From a virus, in the IMG/VR virus record IMGVR_UViG_3300045988_111115, positions 14,419 to 78,418 of that record: DNA of 64,000 bases; one strand, written 5' to 3'. The position numbers and the translations under genes are program-made. This document shows, piece by piece, positions 10,080 through 20,300 of the stretch. The number at the start of each line of letters is the position of its first letter. Positions within the stretch are counted from its first letter, which is position 1. The notes beneath the pieces are model-generated. The model ran no database searches. It was not told the origin of the DNA and saw nothing but the letters and a program-made list of their open reading frames with translations.

Positions 10080-11111
10080 ATGAAAAGAAACCTATTAAAG
10101 ATGATTATTACATTTATGCAGGGTCTGTTCTCAATGTTCAGTACACCTGTATTTGCTGACAGTGCTATGACAACAGCAGTTGTTGACGGTAGCGGTAATG
10201 TAAAGTTTACAGACGCTGTCCGTATGGTTTACTCAAAAGAAATTGAGTACAAGGCACTACCTGTTATGAGATTTATGCAATTCGCTCAAGTCCGTACTGA
10301 GTTGGGTGTAACACCTGGTCTGACGATAACAATGCTCACCTATAATAACCTTAAACTCGGTGGTGCATTGACAGAAATGACGAAAATGCAGACACAAGCT
10401 ATGAGTGGCTCAACAAAGCAGATTACCGTACACGAATATGGTAATGCTATCGGCTTCTCAGAACTTCTTGTACGTTCGTCATTTGATGATATTATGGCAA
10501 GTGCTACCACACTTCTTGGTCGTGACTATGCACAAGTCCTTGATTGTGAACTAAGAGACGTTGCCCTTGAGGGTACTAACATAGTTTACTCAAAGGGTAC
10601 TTCAAGAGCAGAAATTACGGCGGCAGATGTACTTCAAGTTAAGCAAATCAAGGACGCTATCGAAATTCTTGCTACAAACAACGCACCAAAAGTTGCAGGT
10701 GCTAATTGGATATGCTTTGTTCACCCACACCAAAGCCGTACTCTAAGAGACGACAGTGCTTGGATAAACGCTTCAAATTATGGTGCACCTGAACAGCTAT
10801 TTACAGGAGAAATCGGCAGAATTGATGATACACGTTTTATTGAAACAACCCTTATGTGTAATGGTGCTGTTGCTGAGGACGACCCTGCATATGTTGCAGA
10901 ACTTAAAAAGGGTGAGGGCGGAAACCTAACACCTATTTACCAAGCAGTTATTTTCGGAGAAGCTTATTATGGCATTGCTTTCTCACTTCCTGTTGAGTTG
11001 AGAGACAACGGTGTTGATGATTTCGGAAGAGAAAGAGCGTTGGCTTGGTACTCAATCTTTGGTGTAGGTAAGCTACACGACGAGTACGGTGTAGTTATTG
11101 AAACTGCCTAA
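10080..11111 (+). CDS. major capsid protein
   Basis: 343 aa ORF after the scaffold gene with a strong RBS, the HK97-like head gene position. Confidence 0.6.
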   Translation: MKRNLLKMIITFMQGLFSMFSTPVFADSAMTTAVVDGSGNVKFTDAVRMVYSKEIEYKALPVMRFMQFAQVRTELGVTPGLTITMLTYNNLKLGGALTEMTKMQTQAMSGSTKQITVHEYGNAIGFSELLVRSSFDDIMASATTLLGRDYAQVLDCELRDVALEGTNIVYSKGTSRAEITAADVLQVKQIKDAIEILATNNAPKVAGANWICFVHPHQSRTLRDDSAWINASNYGAPEQLFTGEIGRIDDTRFIETTLMCNGAVAEDDPAYVAELKKGEGGNLTPIYQAVIFGEAYYGIAFSLPVELRDNGVDDFGRERALAWYSIFGVGKLHDEYGVVIETA

Positions 11112-11135
11112 GAATTTAATAGGAGGTAAAGAGTA

Positions 11136-11447
11136 ATGGCAAAGATACCAAGTAGTAGAGGTAAGTCCTCTACAAAAGTTAGTGAAGACACTAACAATGT
11201 AACAATGGACGTTGCAGAGGAAGAGACACCCGTACAAGATACAGGTGTTACTATAGAGGGTTTAGAAGAGCAAGAGAAAAAGACTGTTGCACCTATTCCC
11301 CCTAAAAGCGTTAAGATAAAAATGGCTATGAGCCATAGATGTAACATTGGTGGCACAGTATATAACCTTGAAAAAGGTAAGACATATGTTGTACCTGAAA
11401 ATGTTAAGCACATTCTAAGTAAGTCGGGTCTACTTTTACCTCTGTAA
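11136..11447 (+). CDS. hypothetical head-associated protein
   Basis: ORF with an RBS after the capsid gene. Confidence 0.4.
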   Translation: MAKIPSSRGKSSTKVSEDTNNVTMDVAEEETPVQDTGVTIEGLEEQEKKTVAPIPPKSVKIKMAMSHRCNIGGTVYNLEKGKTYVVPENVKHILSKSGLLLPL

Positions 11448-11473
11448 TGTGACAGTTAAAGGAGGTTGTCAAT

Positions 11474-12253
11474 GTGACTAAAGAGAAGCTGATAAAGTTT
11501 TTAAAAAGTTCTATTCACATTCAAGACCCCGACATTGGAAACGATAGCAAGTACTTGTCAATGACTGATGAGGACTTAGAGTTATATTTAACAGTCGCAT
11601 TATCAAGGGACTTCTCTAAAGTAAGGTCTCTTGACGTTCTACCCGAAGCGTATGTGTACCCCTTAATTCTATTGGCGAAGAAAGAACTCTACTATACATT
11701 AGCAGTTATTGAAGCACCTCTTTATGATATGGGTGCTGATAACAATAACTACTTGAAACGTGAGCAGAGATTTAAACACTATATGGCATTAATAGAACAG
11801 GTGGATAAAGAATACAATCAGTATCAAGCTGATAACGAGACAGGCACTAATGGAACTCTAATCACTTATGATGTACTATTAGGTGATAGGTACTTTACTA
11901 AGAGATACCGAAACAAGGGTGTGGTGCCTGTCGTTTCTTTATATGCAGATGAAGTAGCTACAGACTATGTAAAGTTGTCTTGGGAGCGTGTTATCATAAA
12001 CTTTGCAGAGTTCAGAATTTATCTATCAGAGAAACCAATTTACAATCCATACGATTTGACAAACCCAATAGATAAGGACGCTGTTCTTATGTTCAAAGTA
12101 ATGGAAGATACACACAAAATGTGTCAAATAAACGACTTAAAACCTGATACTGAATACTACATCTGTATAGAATACATTGATAAGAGCGGTCTAAAAGGCT
12201 ACAGTCAAATAGTCATAGATACTACCCCCGAAGAGATAACAGGAGGTGAGTAG
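11474..12253 (+). CDS. head-tail connector/adaptor-like protein with C-terminal FN3/Ig-like domain
   Basis: FN3-like pattern VKLSWERV...KPDTEYYICIEY, in the position expected for a connector. Confidence 0.4.
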   Translation: MTKEKLIKFLKSSIHIQDPDIGNDSKYLSMTDEDLELYLTVALSRDFSKVRSLDVLPEAYVYPLILLAKKELYYTLAVIEAPLYDMGADNNNYLKREQRFKHYMALIEQVDKEYNQYQADNETGTNGTLITYDVLLGDRYFTKRYRNKGVVPVVSLYADEVATDYVKLSWERVIINFAEFRIYLSEKPIYNPYDLTNPIDKDAVLMFKVMEDTHKMCQINDLKPDTEYYICIEYIDKSGLKGYSQIVIDTTPEEITGGE

Positions 12254-12255
12254 CT

Positions 12256-12696
12256 ATGGCTCACGACTATTCAGAGATACAAAACGCTTTCTTAGATGGT
12301 ACACTTGAAATCTTTACTGAACTATTCACAGATAAAGTACAGCTTTATTTGTTAGATACAGAAAAGACTGTTGTTGACCCCTTGTATGAGGAGACATCTA
12401 AGAAGTGTTATAAAGAGCCTATAGACGTGGTAGCACAAGTAATTCTTTCAAGACAGCAAGGTGATAAAACACCCGAAGCAATACTTACCAATGCCGCGGT
12501 TAAGTTACCTGCAAAAGTACTTATAGATTTGAATATCCCCTTTGAGAGTAAAGAGGACCTAAAAGTACTTGAACAAAGTCGTATAAAGTACAAAGGTACT
12601 ACCCTACAAGTGAATGTTGCAGAGCCAAGCACTCTTGTAGGTGACACTTTTATCTTTGTTACTTTATCGTGTACTATGGTAAAGCAGAGGGGGTAA
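12256..12696 (+). CDS. head-tail joining protein (hypothetical)
   Basis: Position in the morphogenesis operon. Confidence 0.35.
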   Translation: MAHDYSEIQNAFLDGTLEIFTELFTDKVQLYLLDTEKTVVDPLYEETSKKCYKEPIDVVAQVILSRQQGDKTPEAILTNAAVKLPAKVLIDLNIPFESKEDLKVLEQSRIKYKGTTLQVNVAEPSTLVGDTFIFVTLSCTMVKQRG

Positions 12697-13181
12697 ATAC
12701 TATGGGTCAGTACTACTTGAAAATGACAGGTCAATGGAAAGAAGCTAACAATGCTTTAAAAAAACTTGCTACCGAACTTAGACCCACCCTTGTTGCCGAA
12801 GTTACAAGTGAGGGAGAGTTAGTACTTGATAAGTTACGAGGACATATCTACTCAGGAGACTTAGATTGGTCTCCCCTTTCACCTGATACAATCCGTATTA
12901 AGAATGGCGATAGCACTATCCTTGTAGAGACAGGCACTTTAGCTAACTCTTTCACAGTACAAAAGTTTGACTTTGGTACAGGTGTTAATGTATTTGTAGG
13001 TATTCCTACAGGTACTTCTCACCCAAGTGGTGTAAGTGCTGATACATTGATGATGTGGATAGAACAAGGTACAAGTCGTATGCCTGCAAGACCTCTTATT
13101 GCACCAACACTTGATGAGGTTGCACAAGAGTTGCCAAGTAAGTGGACAGAAGTGATGAGCAAGTTTATGGGAGGACTGTAG
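12669..13181 (+). CDS. head/tail completion protein (hypothetical)
   Basis: Position in the morphogenesis operon. Confidence 0.35.
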   Translation: MYYGKAEGVNTMGQYYLKMTGQWKEANNALKKLATELRPTLVAEVTSEGELVLDKLRGHIYSGDLDWSPLSPDTIRIKNGDSTILVETGTLANSFTVQKFDFGTGVNVFVGIPTGTSHPSGVSADTLMMWIEQGTSRMPARPLIAPTLDEVAQELPSKWTEVMSKFMGGL

Positions 13182-13182
13182 T

Positions 13183-13806
13183 ATGAGTGAAAGTATTTGG
13201 AGTAGAGAGATTGAAGAGGGACTAAAGAACTTCTTTAATAGCTTTCTAAAGTATATTGATGAAGAGGGAGAAGAGCAACCTATTTCAGTAAAAATCAGAA
13301 AGCCTGAGGGAGATTTTGACGAAGAAACCTACCCTGTAATTTATCTACAGAGTGAACAACAAAAACTTAGTACTGTAAGGTACGACCCTACAAAGACTAT
13401 CATAAGCAGGAATGAAGAGAATAACACAGTTATAGTAGAGGACGCACCTCTACCTTTTGAATGTGTATATCAAATTGACTTCTACTCACTGTATCAATCA
13501 GAACTTAACGAAATGCTACAGAAATTCTTAGCTTACACTCACGGTGGACGTTACTTTAACTTACCTGTTAAAGACCAGTCGGGGCATAATTGGAACTTAC
13601 TTGTTATGAGACGTGGGGGTACAATGACACATAGAGACTATATAGGTAAAGACACAGTGTCTTTTCAGGGTTATACTCAAGGAGACGCTCGACTTTTTCA
13701 CGGACTGTTTTATATAACTGTACATACACAGCTAAATGAAAATATCCGAGAGGAAAAGTACTATGTTACCAACAAAGAAGTAGTCAATACAGGAAATAAT
13801 GATTAA
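13183..13806 (+). CDS. tail completion protein (hypothetical)
   Basis: Position in the morphogenesis operon. Confidence 0.35.
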   Translation: MSESIWSREIEEGLKNFFNSFLKYIDEEGEEQPISVKIRKPEGDFDEETYPVIYLQSEQQKLSTVRYDPTKTIISRNEENNTVIVEDAPLPFECVYQIDFYSLYQSELNEMLQKFLAYTHGGRYFNLPVKDQSGHNWNLLVMRRGGTMTHRDYIGKDTVSFQGYTQGDARLFHGLFYITVHTQLNENIREEKYYVTNKEVVNTGNND

Positions 13807-13818
13807 GGAGGGTTTAAA

Positions 13819-14088
13819 TTGTTTGTAAAGAATAAACTAAACAGTGGTATTACTGTTGCACTTGCAGATAAAAGTATGTGTTTACTTCCTGCAAGTACTT
13901 CTAAGATAATTAAAGATGAACTCATTACAGATGAGTTTTACAGCCTTGAAAGATTAGGGTTTATATCTTTAATACCAGAAGTTAAGAAAGAGCCTATGGT
14001 TGCTGTAGAGAGTGCTACAGAGCCTGAGAAAGAGGTTACTTCTGAAACTACAAATACAAAGAAGACTAATAAAGGAGGAAAGAGATAA
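13819..14088 (+). CDS. hypothetical protein
   Basis: Small ORF directly before the sheath gene. Confidence 0.35.
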   Translation: MFVKNKLNSGITVALADKSMCLLPASTSKIIKDELITDEFYSLERLGFISLIPEVKKEPMVAVESATEPEKEVTSETTNTKKTNKGGKR

Positions 14089-15563
14089 TGGCAGAGTATA
14101 ATGCACCAGGTGTATATATGGAAAGTGTAAAGAATACTTCAAAGAGTATCACAGGTAATTCAAGTGATACTTTTGGCTTTGTAGGTGTTACACCAAGAGG
14201 AAGTATTGACGGACCTATCTATGTTACATCTTGGAATAATTTTATTGAAAAATGTGCAGGAGGTATTTCAAGTCCATTTATGGCAGACCACGACCTATCT
14301 TATGCGTTGTATGGCTTCTTCCAAAACGGAGGTACTAAAGCGTACATTTCAAGAGTTGTGAATAAGACTACTGCTAAGAAAGCAAAGGCAACAAATGAGG
14401 GCGAAACACTTTCATTTGAAGCTAAAGATGAGGGAGAATGGGGTAATCAGCTTACAGTCTCAATACGTGCTAATACCCTTGAAGCAGACCAATTTGATTT
14501 GGTTGTAAATCTTGGCAAGAATAATACGGTAGAAGTACTTACAGGTCTTTCAAATGACAGTACTAAGTATAACTATGCTTTTGATGTTATTAACGGTCAG
14601 AGTAGCTATGTAACACTACCTGATGAAGCTAAGAGTACACTTGCAGTTACAGACACACCACTTGAACTTACGGGTGGTAAGTCAGGTGTGGATAACCTTA
14701 CAGACCTTGATTATGGTGAGGGTATTACACGCTTGAAGCAAGTTGATGAACTTGGTTTTATCTGTGTACCAGGCATTAACACTGATACTACTATCGCTAA
14801 TCTTAAAGCATTTGTTGAGGGTAAAAATCAATATACATTCGCTCTTATTGATATGCCTAAGAGTGTTATGACTAAAGAGGCGGCTATAGAGTTTAGAAAG
14901 AAAGTACAGTCAGATAGTATGGCTGTTGTTGAGCCTTATGGTTATGTTACAGACCCACTTTCAGCAAGTGGACGTTTGAGACTTGTACCACCAACAGGAC
15001 ATTGGTGTGGTTATGAAGCTAAGAATATTCAGACAAACGGTATTCAGAAAGCCCCTGCCGGAACAGAAGCTACAATTTCAGGTTTTGTAAGTCTTGCAGT
15101 AAATTATACTGCTGACGACCTTGAACAGCTAAACCCTGCGGGTATTATTACACTTATTAACAAGAAGAACTATGGTATCGTTATTTGGGGTTGCCGTTCC
15201 TGCTCTTCTGACCCTGACTATAAGTACGTTACAGATAAACTTGTAGATAACTATATTGACGGTTCTATCTATGACGGTACACAATGGGCGGTATTTGAAG
15301 AGAATGACGAAGACCTTTGGGATAACCTTACTACTACAGTTACAGAGTTCCTTGAAACTTGTCGTCAAAGAGGTATTATCAAAGGTAATACATCTGCTAC
15401 TTCATACTATGTAAACTGTAATGAAGACATCAATACGGAAGCTATGCAAAAAGCAGGTAAAGTTATTTGTGAATACGGTTATGCTAAGAAGAAGCCTGCG
15501 GAATTTGTTATCCACAGAGTAGACCACCAAATGTCTTCTGGTGATACTTCGACAGAAGCCTAA
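14088..15563 (+). CDS. contractile tail sheath protein
   Basis: 491 aa ORF directly upstream of the tube gene, the order typical of myovirus sheath-tube pairs. Confidence 0.7.
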   Translation: MAEYNAPGVYMESVKNTSKSITGNSSDTFGFVGVTPRGSIDGPIYVTSWNNFIEKCAGGISSPFMADHDLSYALYGFFQNGGTKAYISRVVNKTTAKKAKATNEGETLSFEAKDEGEWGNQLTVSIRANTLEADQFDLVVNLGKNNTVEVLTGLSNDSTKYNYAFDVINGQSSYVTLPDEAKSTLAVTDTPLELTGGKSGVDNLTDLDYGEGITRLKQVDELGFICVPGINTDTTIANLKAFVEGKNQYTFALIDMPKSVMTKEAAIEFRKKVQSDSMAVVEPYGYVTDPLSASGRLRLVPPTGHWCGYEAKNIQTNGIQKAPAGTEATISGFVSLAVNYTADDLEQLNPAGIITLINKKNYGIVIWGCRSCSSDPDYKYVTDKLVDNYIDGSIYDGTQWAVFEENDEDLWDNLTTTVTEFLETCRQRGIIKGNTSATSYYVNCNEDINTEAMQKAGKVICEYGYAKKKPAEFVIHRVDHQMSSGDTSTEA

Positions 15564-15581
15564 AGAAAGGAGATTAAGTAA

Positions 15582-16076
15582 ATGAGCAAGAATACTATGA
15601 TTAAAAACCTTTTAAGTAAGGTTGCTACACCTGTATCTGCTTCTCGTTCGGTTAAGAGAGACCCTCTACAGAAGTTTATGTTTGAGGTCTCTATACCAGG
15701 TATGCCAACAATGGGTTTTCAAAAAGTTGACGGTCTTGAAAGAGAAATCGCAGTAGTTGAATACTTTGAGGGTATGGCACAACACGCTTACAAACTTACA
15801 GGACGTGAGAGTGTCGGTGAAGTTACTCTTGAAAGAGGGGTTTATGGTGATAACGTAGACGACGCTATGTTGGACTACTTCAAAAAGACACTTACTAACC
15901 CTGCTTGTAGGTCTACAGTAACTATCCGTTTGAAAGACCGTTTCGGTGCTACTCGTAAGACTTATAAACTTGCTGAATGTTGGGCAAGTAAATGGGAGGG
16001 TACAGACGCTGACGCTTCAAGTGATGATGTTGCTATTGAAACCCTTACCCTACAATTTGAGTACTTCCTTGACTAA
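15582..16076 (+). CDS. tail tube protein
   Basis: 164 aa ORF after the sheath gene. Confidence 0.65.
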   Translation: MSKNTMIKNLLSKVATPVSASRSVKRDPLQKFMFEVSIPGMPTMGFQKVDGLEREIAVVEYFEGMAQHAYKLTGRESVGEVTLERGVYGDNVDDAMLDYFKKTLTNPACRSTVTIRLKDRFGATRKTYKLAECWASKWEGTDADASSDDVAIETLTLQFEYFLD

Positions 16077-16174
16077 TAAAAGTTAAATAGTGTAATAAAA
16101 CCTCGGAGAAACTATTGATTTTTTCGGGGTTTTATTATATAATGTGGGTATATTAATAATAAGGAGGGTCTTAA

Positions 16175-17050
16175 ATGCCTAAATTAAAGAGAAATAGCAA
16201 TTCAACCGAAACTATAACTAAGGGAGATTTTGCTAAAGAAGTAGAAGCACTTGAAGAGGAAAAACTTGAACTTCCGAGATGTGATGTCAAAGTCAATGAA
16301 AAGGGTGAGAGTGAAGAGTTTAAACTTCTTGCAGGTTACATTGATGAAGACGGTACAATGCACGACACCTTTGTTATCCGAGAAATGAACGGTAAAGACG
16401 AAGAAATTATCAATCAAGGTAATACTAAGTTAGTCAATGGTGCTAAAGTAATCAATACTTTGCTTGCACGTTGTGTTGTGCGTATTGGCAGTCTCTATAA
16501 GAAAGACTTTGCGTCTCAGAAAGATTGGGAAAACATCATCAAGAAGTTGTATATTGGAGACCAAGACTATATCCTGCTAAAGATAAGGGAGTTGTCTTTA
16601 GGTAAGGAAATTGAGTGTAGTCACCAATGTCCTTATTGTAAGTCACAGATAACAACTTACGTAGACACGGACGAATTTGAGATTATACCATTCAGTGGTG
16701 AACGAACAATTTACTTTGAGTTACCAAGAGGTTATACTGACACTAAAGGCAAAGTGTACTCATCAGGTACACTAAGACTTGCTAATGGTGTTGACCGAGA
16801 AGTTCTTACACCTAAAGCTAAGAAGAATATCGGTGTAGCAAATACCTTAATGCTTGCACGACTTGTCACCTTTGATAACGGTATGCCTACAACAGAAGAC
16901 GTTATACGTAATCTAACAGTTAGAGACAGGGAGTATTTGTTTAAACTAATGAACGAAAACGCATTTGGACCAAAAACGGTTGTTGAAGTTGAGTGTCCTG
17001 AATGTGGCGAAGAATTTTCGGGTAATCTGAACGCAGTTAATTTTATATAA
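16175..17050 (+). CDS. tail assembly chaperone (gpG-like); candidate -1 frameshift extension to 17235
   Basis: It lies between the tube and tape measure genes. The downstream -1 frame stays open for 64 codons (17041-17235), entered from T_TTT_ATA at the ORF end. Confidence 0.5.
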   Translation: MPKLKRNSNSTETITKGDFAKEVEALEEEKLELPRCDVKVNEKGESEEFKLLAGYIDEDGTMHDTFVIREMNGKDEEIINQGNTKLVNGAKVINTLLARCVVRIGSLYKKDFASQKDWENIIKKLYIGDQDYILLKIRELSLGKEIECSHQCPYCKSQITTYVDTDEFEIIPFSGERTIYFELPRGYTDTKGKVYSSGTLRLANGVDREVLTPKAKKNIGVANTLMLARLVTFDNGMPTTEDVIRNLTVRDREYLFKLMNENAFGPKTVVEVECPECGEEFSGNLNAVNFI

Positions 17051-17309
17051 GCACGTTTTATGAGGACGATATACTCCCTGCTATTTCATATGAAGTAGCA
17101 CAGTATGAAATGCACGTATTGGCATACTTCTATCATTGGACAAGAGAAGATGTAAGAAGTGTGCCGAGACGTGAACGTAGAACGTGGGTAAATCAGATAC
17201 GTCGTCAATTAAAGGCAGAAAATAAAGCTAAATAAATGAGAATTAAATTACTTCCTTTCTTTTACTAAAGCTATTTACAAATACTTAGTAGAGGGGAGGT
17301 TTTTTATTA

Positions 17310-20300
17310 GTGTCACAAGTATTTGGACTTGGTTTAGTACTTAACTTCACTGATAATGCTACCGCAGGTATTAGTGCTACTGCACAAGCATTTACAGGAC
17401 TTACTGAAAGTTTAAGTGCGAAGACCACAACACAAGCTATTACAGGAATAGCAAACACAGCAGAGAGTGTCGGCTCAAGTCTAACTAAGAGTATAACTGC
17501 CCCTTTAGGTGGTATGGTTACTATGTTAGCTAAAGCAGGTTTTAGTAGAGCAACTTTTGTACAACAGGCTCAATTCGCTTTCCAATCACTTATGGGTGGT
17601 GCAAAAGAAGCGTCAAGCTATATGCAAGAGTTAATGGACTTTGCTAAAAAGACACCTTTCAGATATGAAACAATTACAAATGGTGCACAGAGCCTTATTT
17701 CTTATGGTGTTGAAGCTAAGAAAGTAATACCTGTAATGACCGCCGTAGGAGACGCTATGGGTGGTATGGGTAAGACCCAAAATGATATGGCAGGTGTTAT
17801 AGATGTACTATCAAGAATTAATGCAGAGGGGTCAGTATCTGCATTACGTTTAAGACAACTTGCTATGAAAGGTATTCAAGCTGATAAGATTATAGGTAAT
17901 ATGCACGGTATTCAAACAATGGAAAAAGCACAAGAGTATGTAAAGAAGATGGACGCTTCACAGTTTCTTGACGACCTAACTAAGGGTCTTGAAGAGGGTA
18001 CTAATGGTGTTTTAGGTATGACCGCCGCTTTTCAAGGTATGATGTCTAATATGAAAAATACTTGGGCGGGTGCAGTAGATACCTTTAAATCTTCTATTAC
18101 TAATGCAGGTCTTGAACTTATGGGTATGTATCAAGATGAGAATGGATTAACACAGTATACAAACCTTGATAAAATGACCCGTTCACTAAACAATATAGGT
18201 ACTGCCGCTAAAGCAATAGCTCCATTATTTAAGCCTATGGTAGATACCATATTTTCAGGTATGGAGAAAGCTTCTGAAAAAATACGTGACTTTGCACAAT
18301 CATTACAAGGAATTTATAACACCGCAGTCGCTTGGAAACAGCTTAAAGAGGGTACTATTACCGCTGAACAGTTTGCCAATGCAACTTGGGGAGCTTCTAA
18401 CGTTGTGCATAGTATGATAGAGAAGTTTAAAACCTTAAATGAGGAGTTTAATGGTGTACCTGCTAAGATTGCAGAAATGATACCTAACATCTTAGGTATT
18501 GCTACTGCTTTAGGCCCTGTACTACTCATTGTTGGTAAGTTAGGAGGTATACCTCTTATAGCTAACCTTATTGGCTCAGCATTTGATGTACTTACAGGTA
18601 AAGTACTATTTGACTTAGTACCTGCTGTAAAAGACTTTGGTACTACTTTAGTACAAGCAAAAGGTGATTTTGCCAAATCTATTCAAGGTTTTAAACAAGC
18701 CGCACAAGGTTTTATGGAAATAGGTAGTGTAGCAGGTAGTGGAATGAAGTTAGTAGGTAGTGCAGTATCTTCTTTAAGTAGTAGTACACTAAAACCTGCT
18801 TTGAGTGCCACAGTACAGTTTGGTAAGAATGTAGGTAAAGCTTTAAAGACCACTTTTACAAGTGTAATACCTGAGTTAGCAAGTGGTGCTTGGAATAATG
18901 TACTTAATATCTTTGATACAATCGCACCTAAAGTGTCAAATAAGCTAAGTGCCTTAGGTACTGTTATTAAGACAGGTATGTCAAACGCATTTAAGGGTCT
19001 AAGGCAGAAGTCAGCAGGCTTTAATGCTATGATAGATTTCTTTAGCGAAACGAAAACAGCCGTACCTGTTATATTTGACGCTCTCAAGACCATAATAAGT
19101 TATAAAATGCAAAGTATAGGCGAAGCTATATCCAATGTCGTCAATGGAATAAAATCAAAGATTTCGCCTATTTTTAGTACTATAGGAAGCACAGTATCAA
19201 AAGCCTTTAGTACTGTAGTAAATATAATGTCTACAGTAGGAGATAAGATAGGAAGTGCTGTTGGTAATATAGTACCTAAAATATCAAATACCACTTCTAA
19301 GATAGGAGAAGTATTTAGAGTTCTTGGGTCTGCGGTAGCTAATAGTTCTTTCGTAACCTCTGCAAAGGGTGTATTCGCTAAGATAGGAGAGACTATCTCC
19401 TCAGGTGCTTCAAAGATAGGTAGTGCAGTAAGTACTGTAAAAGAAGCTACTACTACTCAGTTTGACGGTTTTGGTGGAGAGATAAAGTCTAAGTTTGCAA
19501 GTGCCTTTAGTGGTGTTACTTCGGGTGTTGCAGAAAGGTTATCACCTATAAAAGATAAAGTAGGAACTGCACTTAGTGGTATGGTTAGTAGGGTATCAAG
19601 TAATATGTCCGTATTTAATAGTGTACTTTCTTCTAAGTTTAATCAAGCTAAAGAGCCACCTTATGAATGGGCTGAGGGAGTATCAGAGTACGTACAAAAA
19701 TCTTTTGATTTAACCAAAGGTACAGATATAGCTACGGCAGTAGAGAGAGGTTGGTTAAAGTTAAAGGATACTACGTCTGAGACTACAGAAGATATGTCAA
19801 GCAAGTTTACAGGTGCTTCTGGTAAAATTATGAGTGCCTTATTGAAAGCAGGTAGTGGAGGAGCAAAAGCACTTTCAGGTTTAGCTAAGGGTGCAGTATT
19901 CGCTACTAAAGGTTTGGCTACAGTAGCTAAGGGTGTAGGTAAACTTACTGTTGCCACTGCGAAAGTCGGTGCTAAAATGGCAGTAGGCTCACTTGCAATA
20001 GCAGGCTTCTTTGGGGCAGTAGCTATGGGTAGAAAAGATGTCGGAGAAATGACTAACGATATATCAAATAAAATGACTGCTTTCACTAATGGTATTACTA
20101 ATGTAATGCCACAGCTAACCTCTATGATAACGAGTTTAACAACTCAATTTGCTTCACAGGCACCTCAAATGATTGCAGGAATTAGTACTGCTGTTTCACA
20201 GTTATGCAGTGCTTTACCACAGGTATTTAACCAATTAGTTAGCTTGATACCTACAATACTACCACAGATAACACAAGTAGCTGTACAGTTAGTACAGGGA

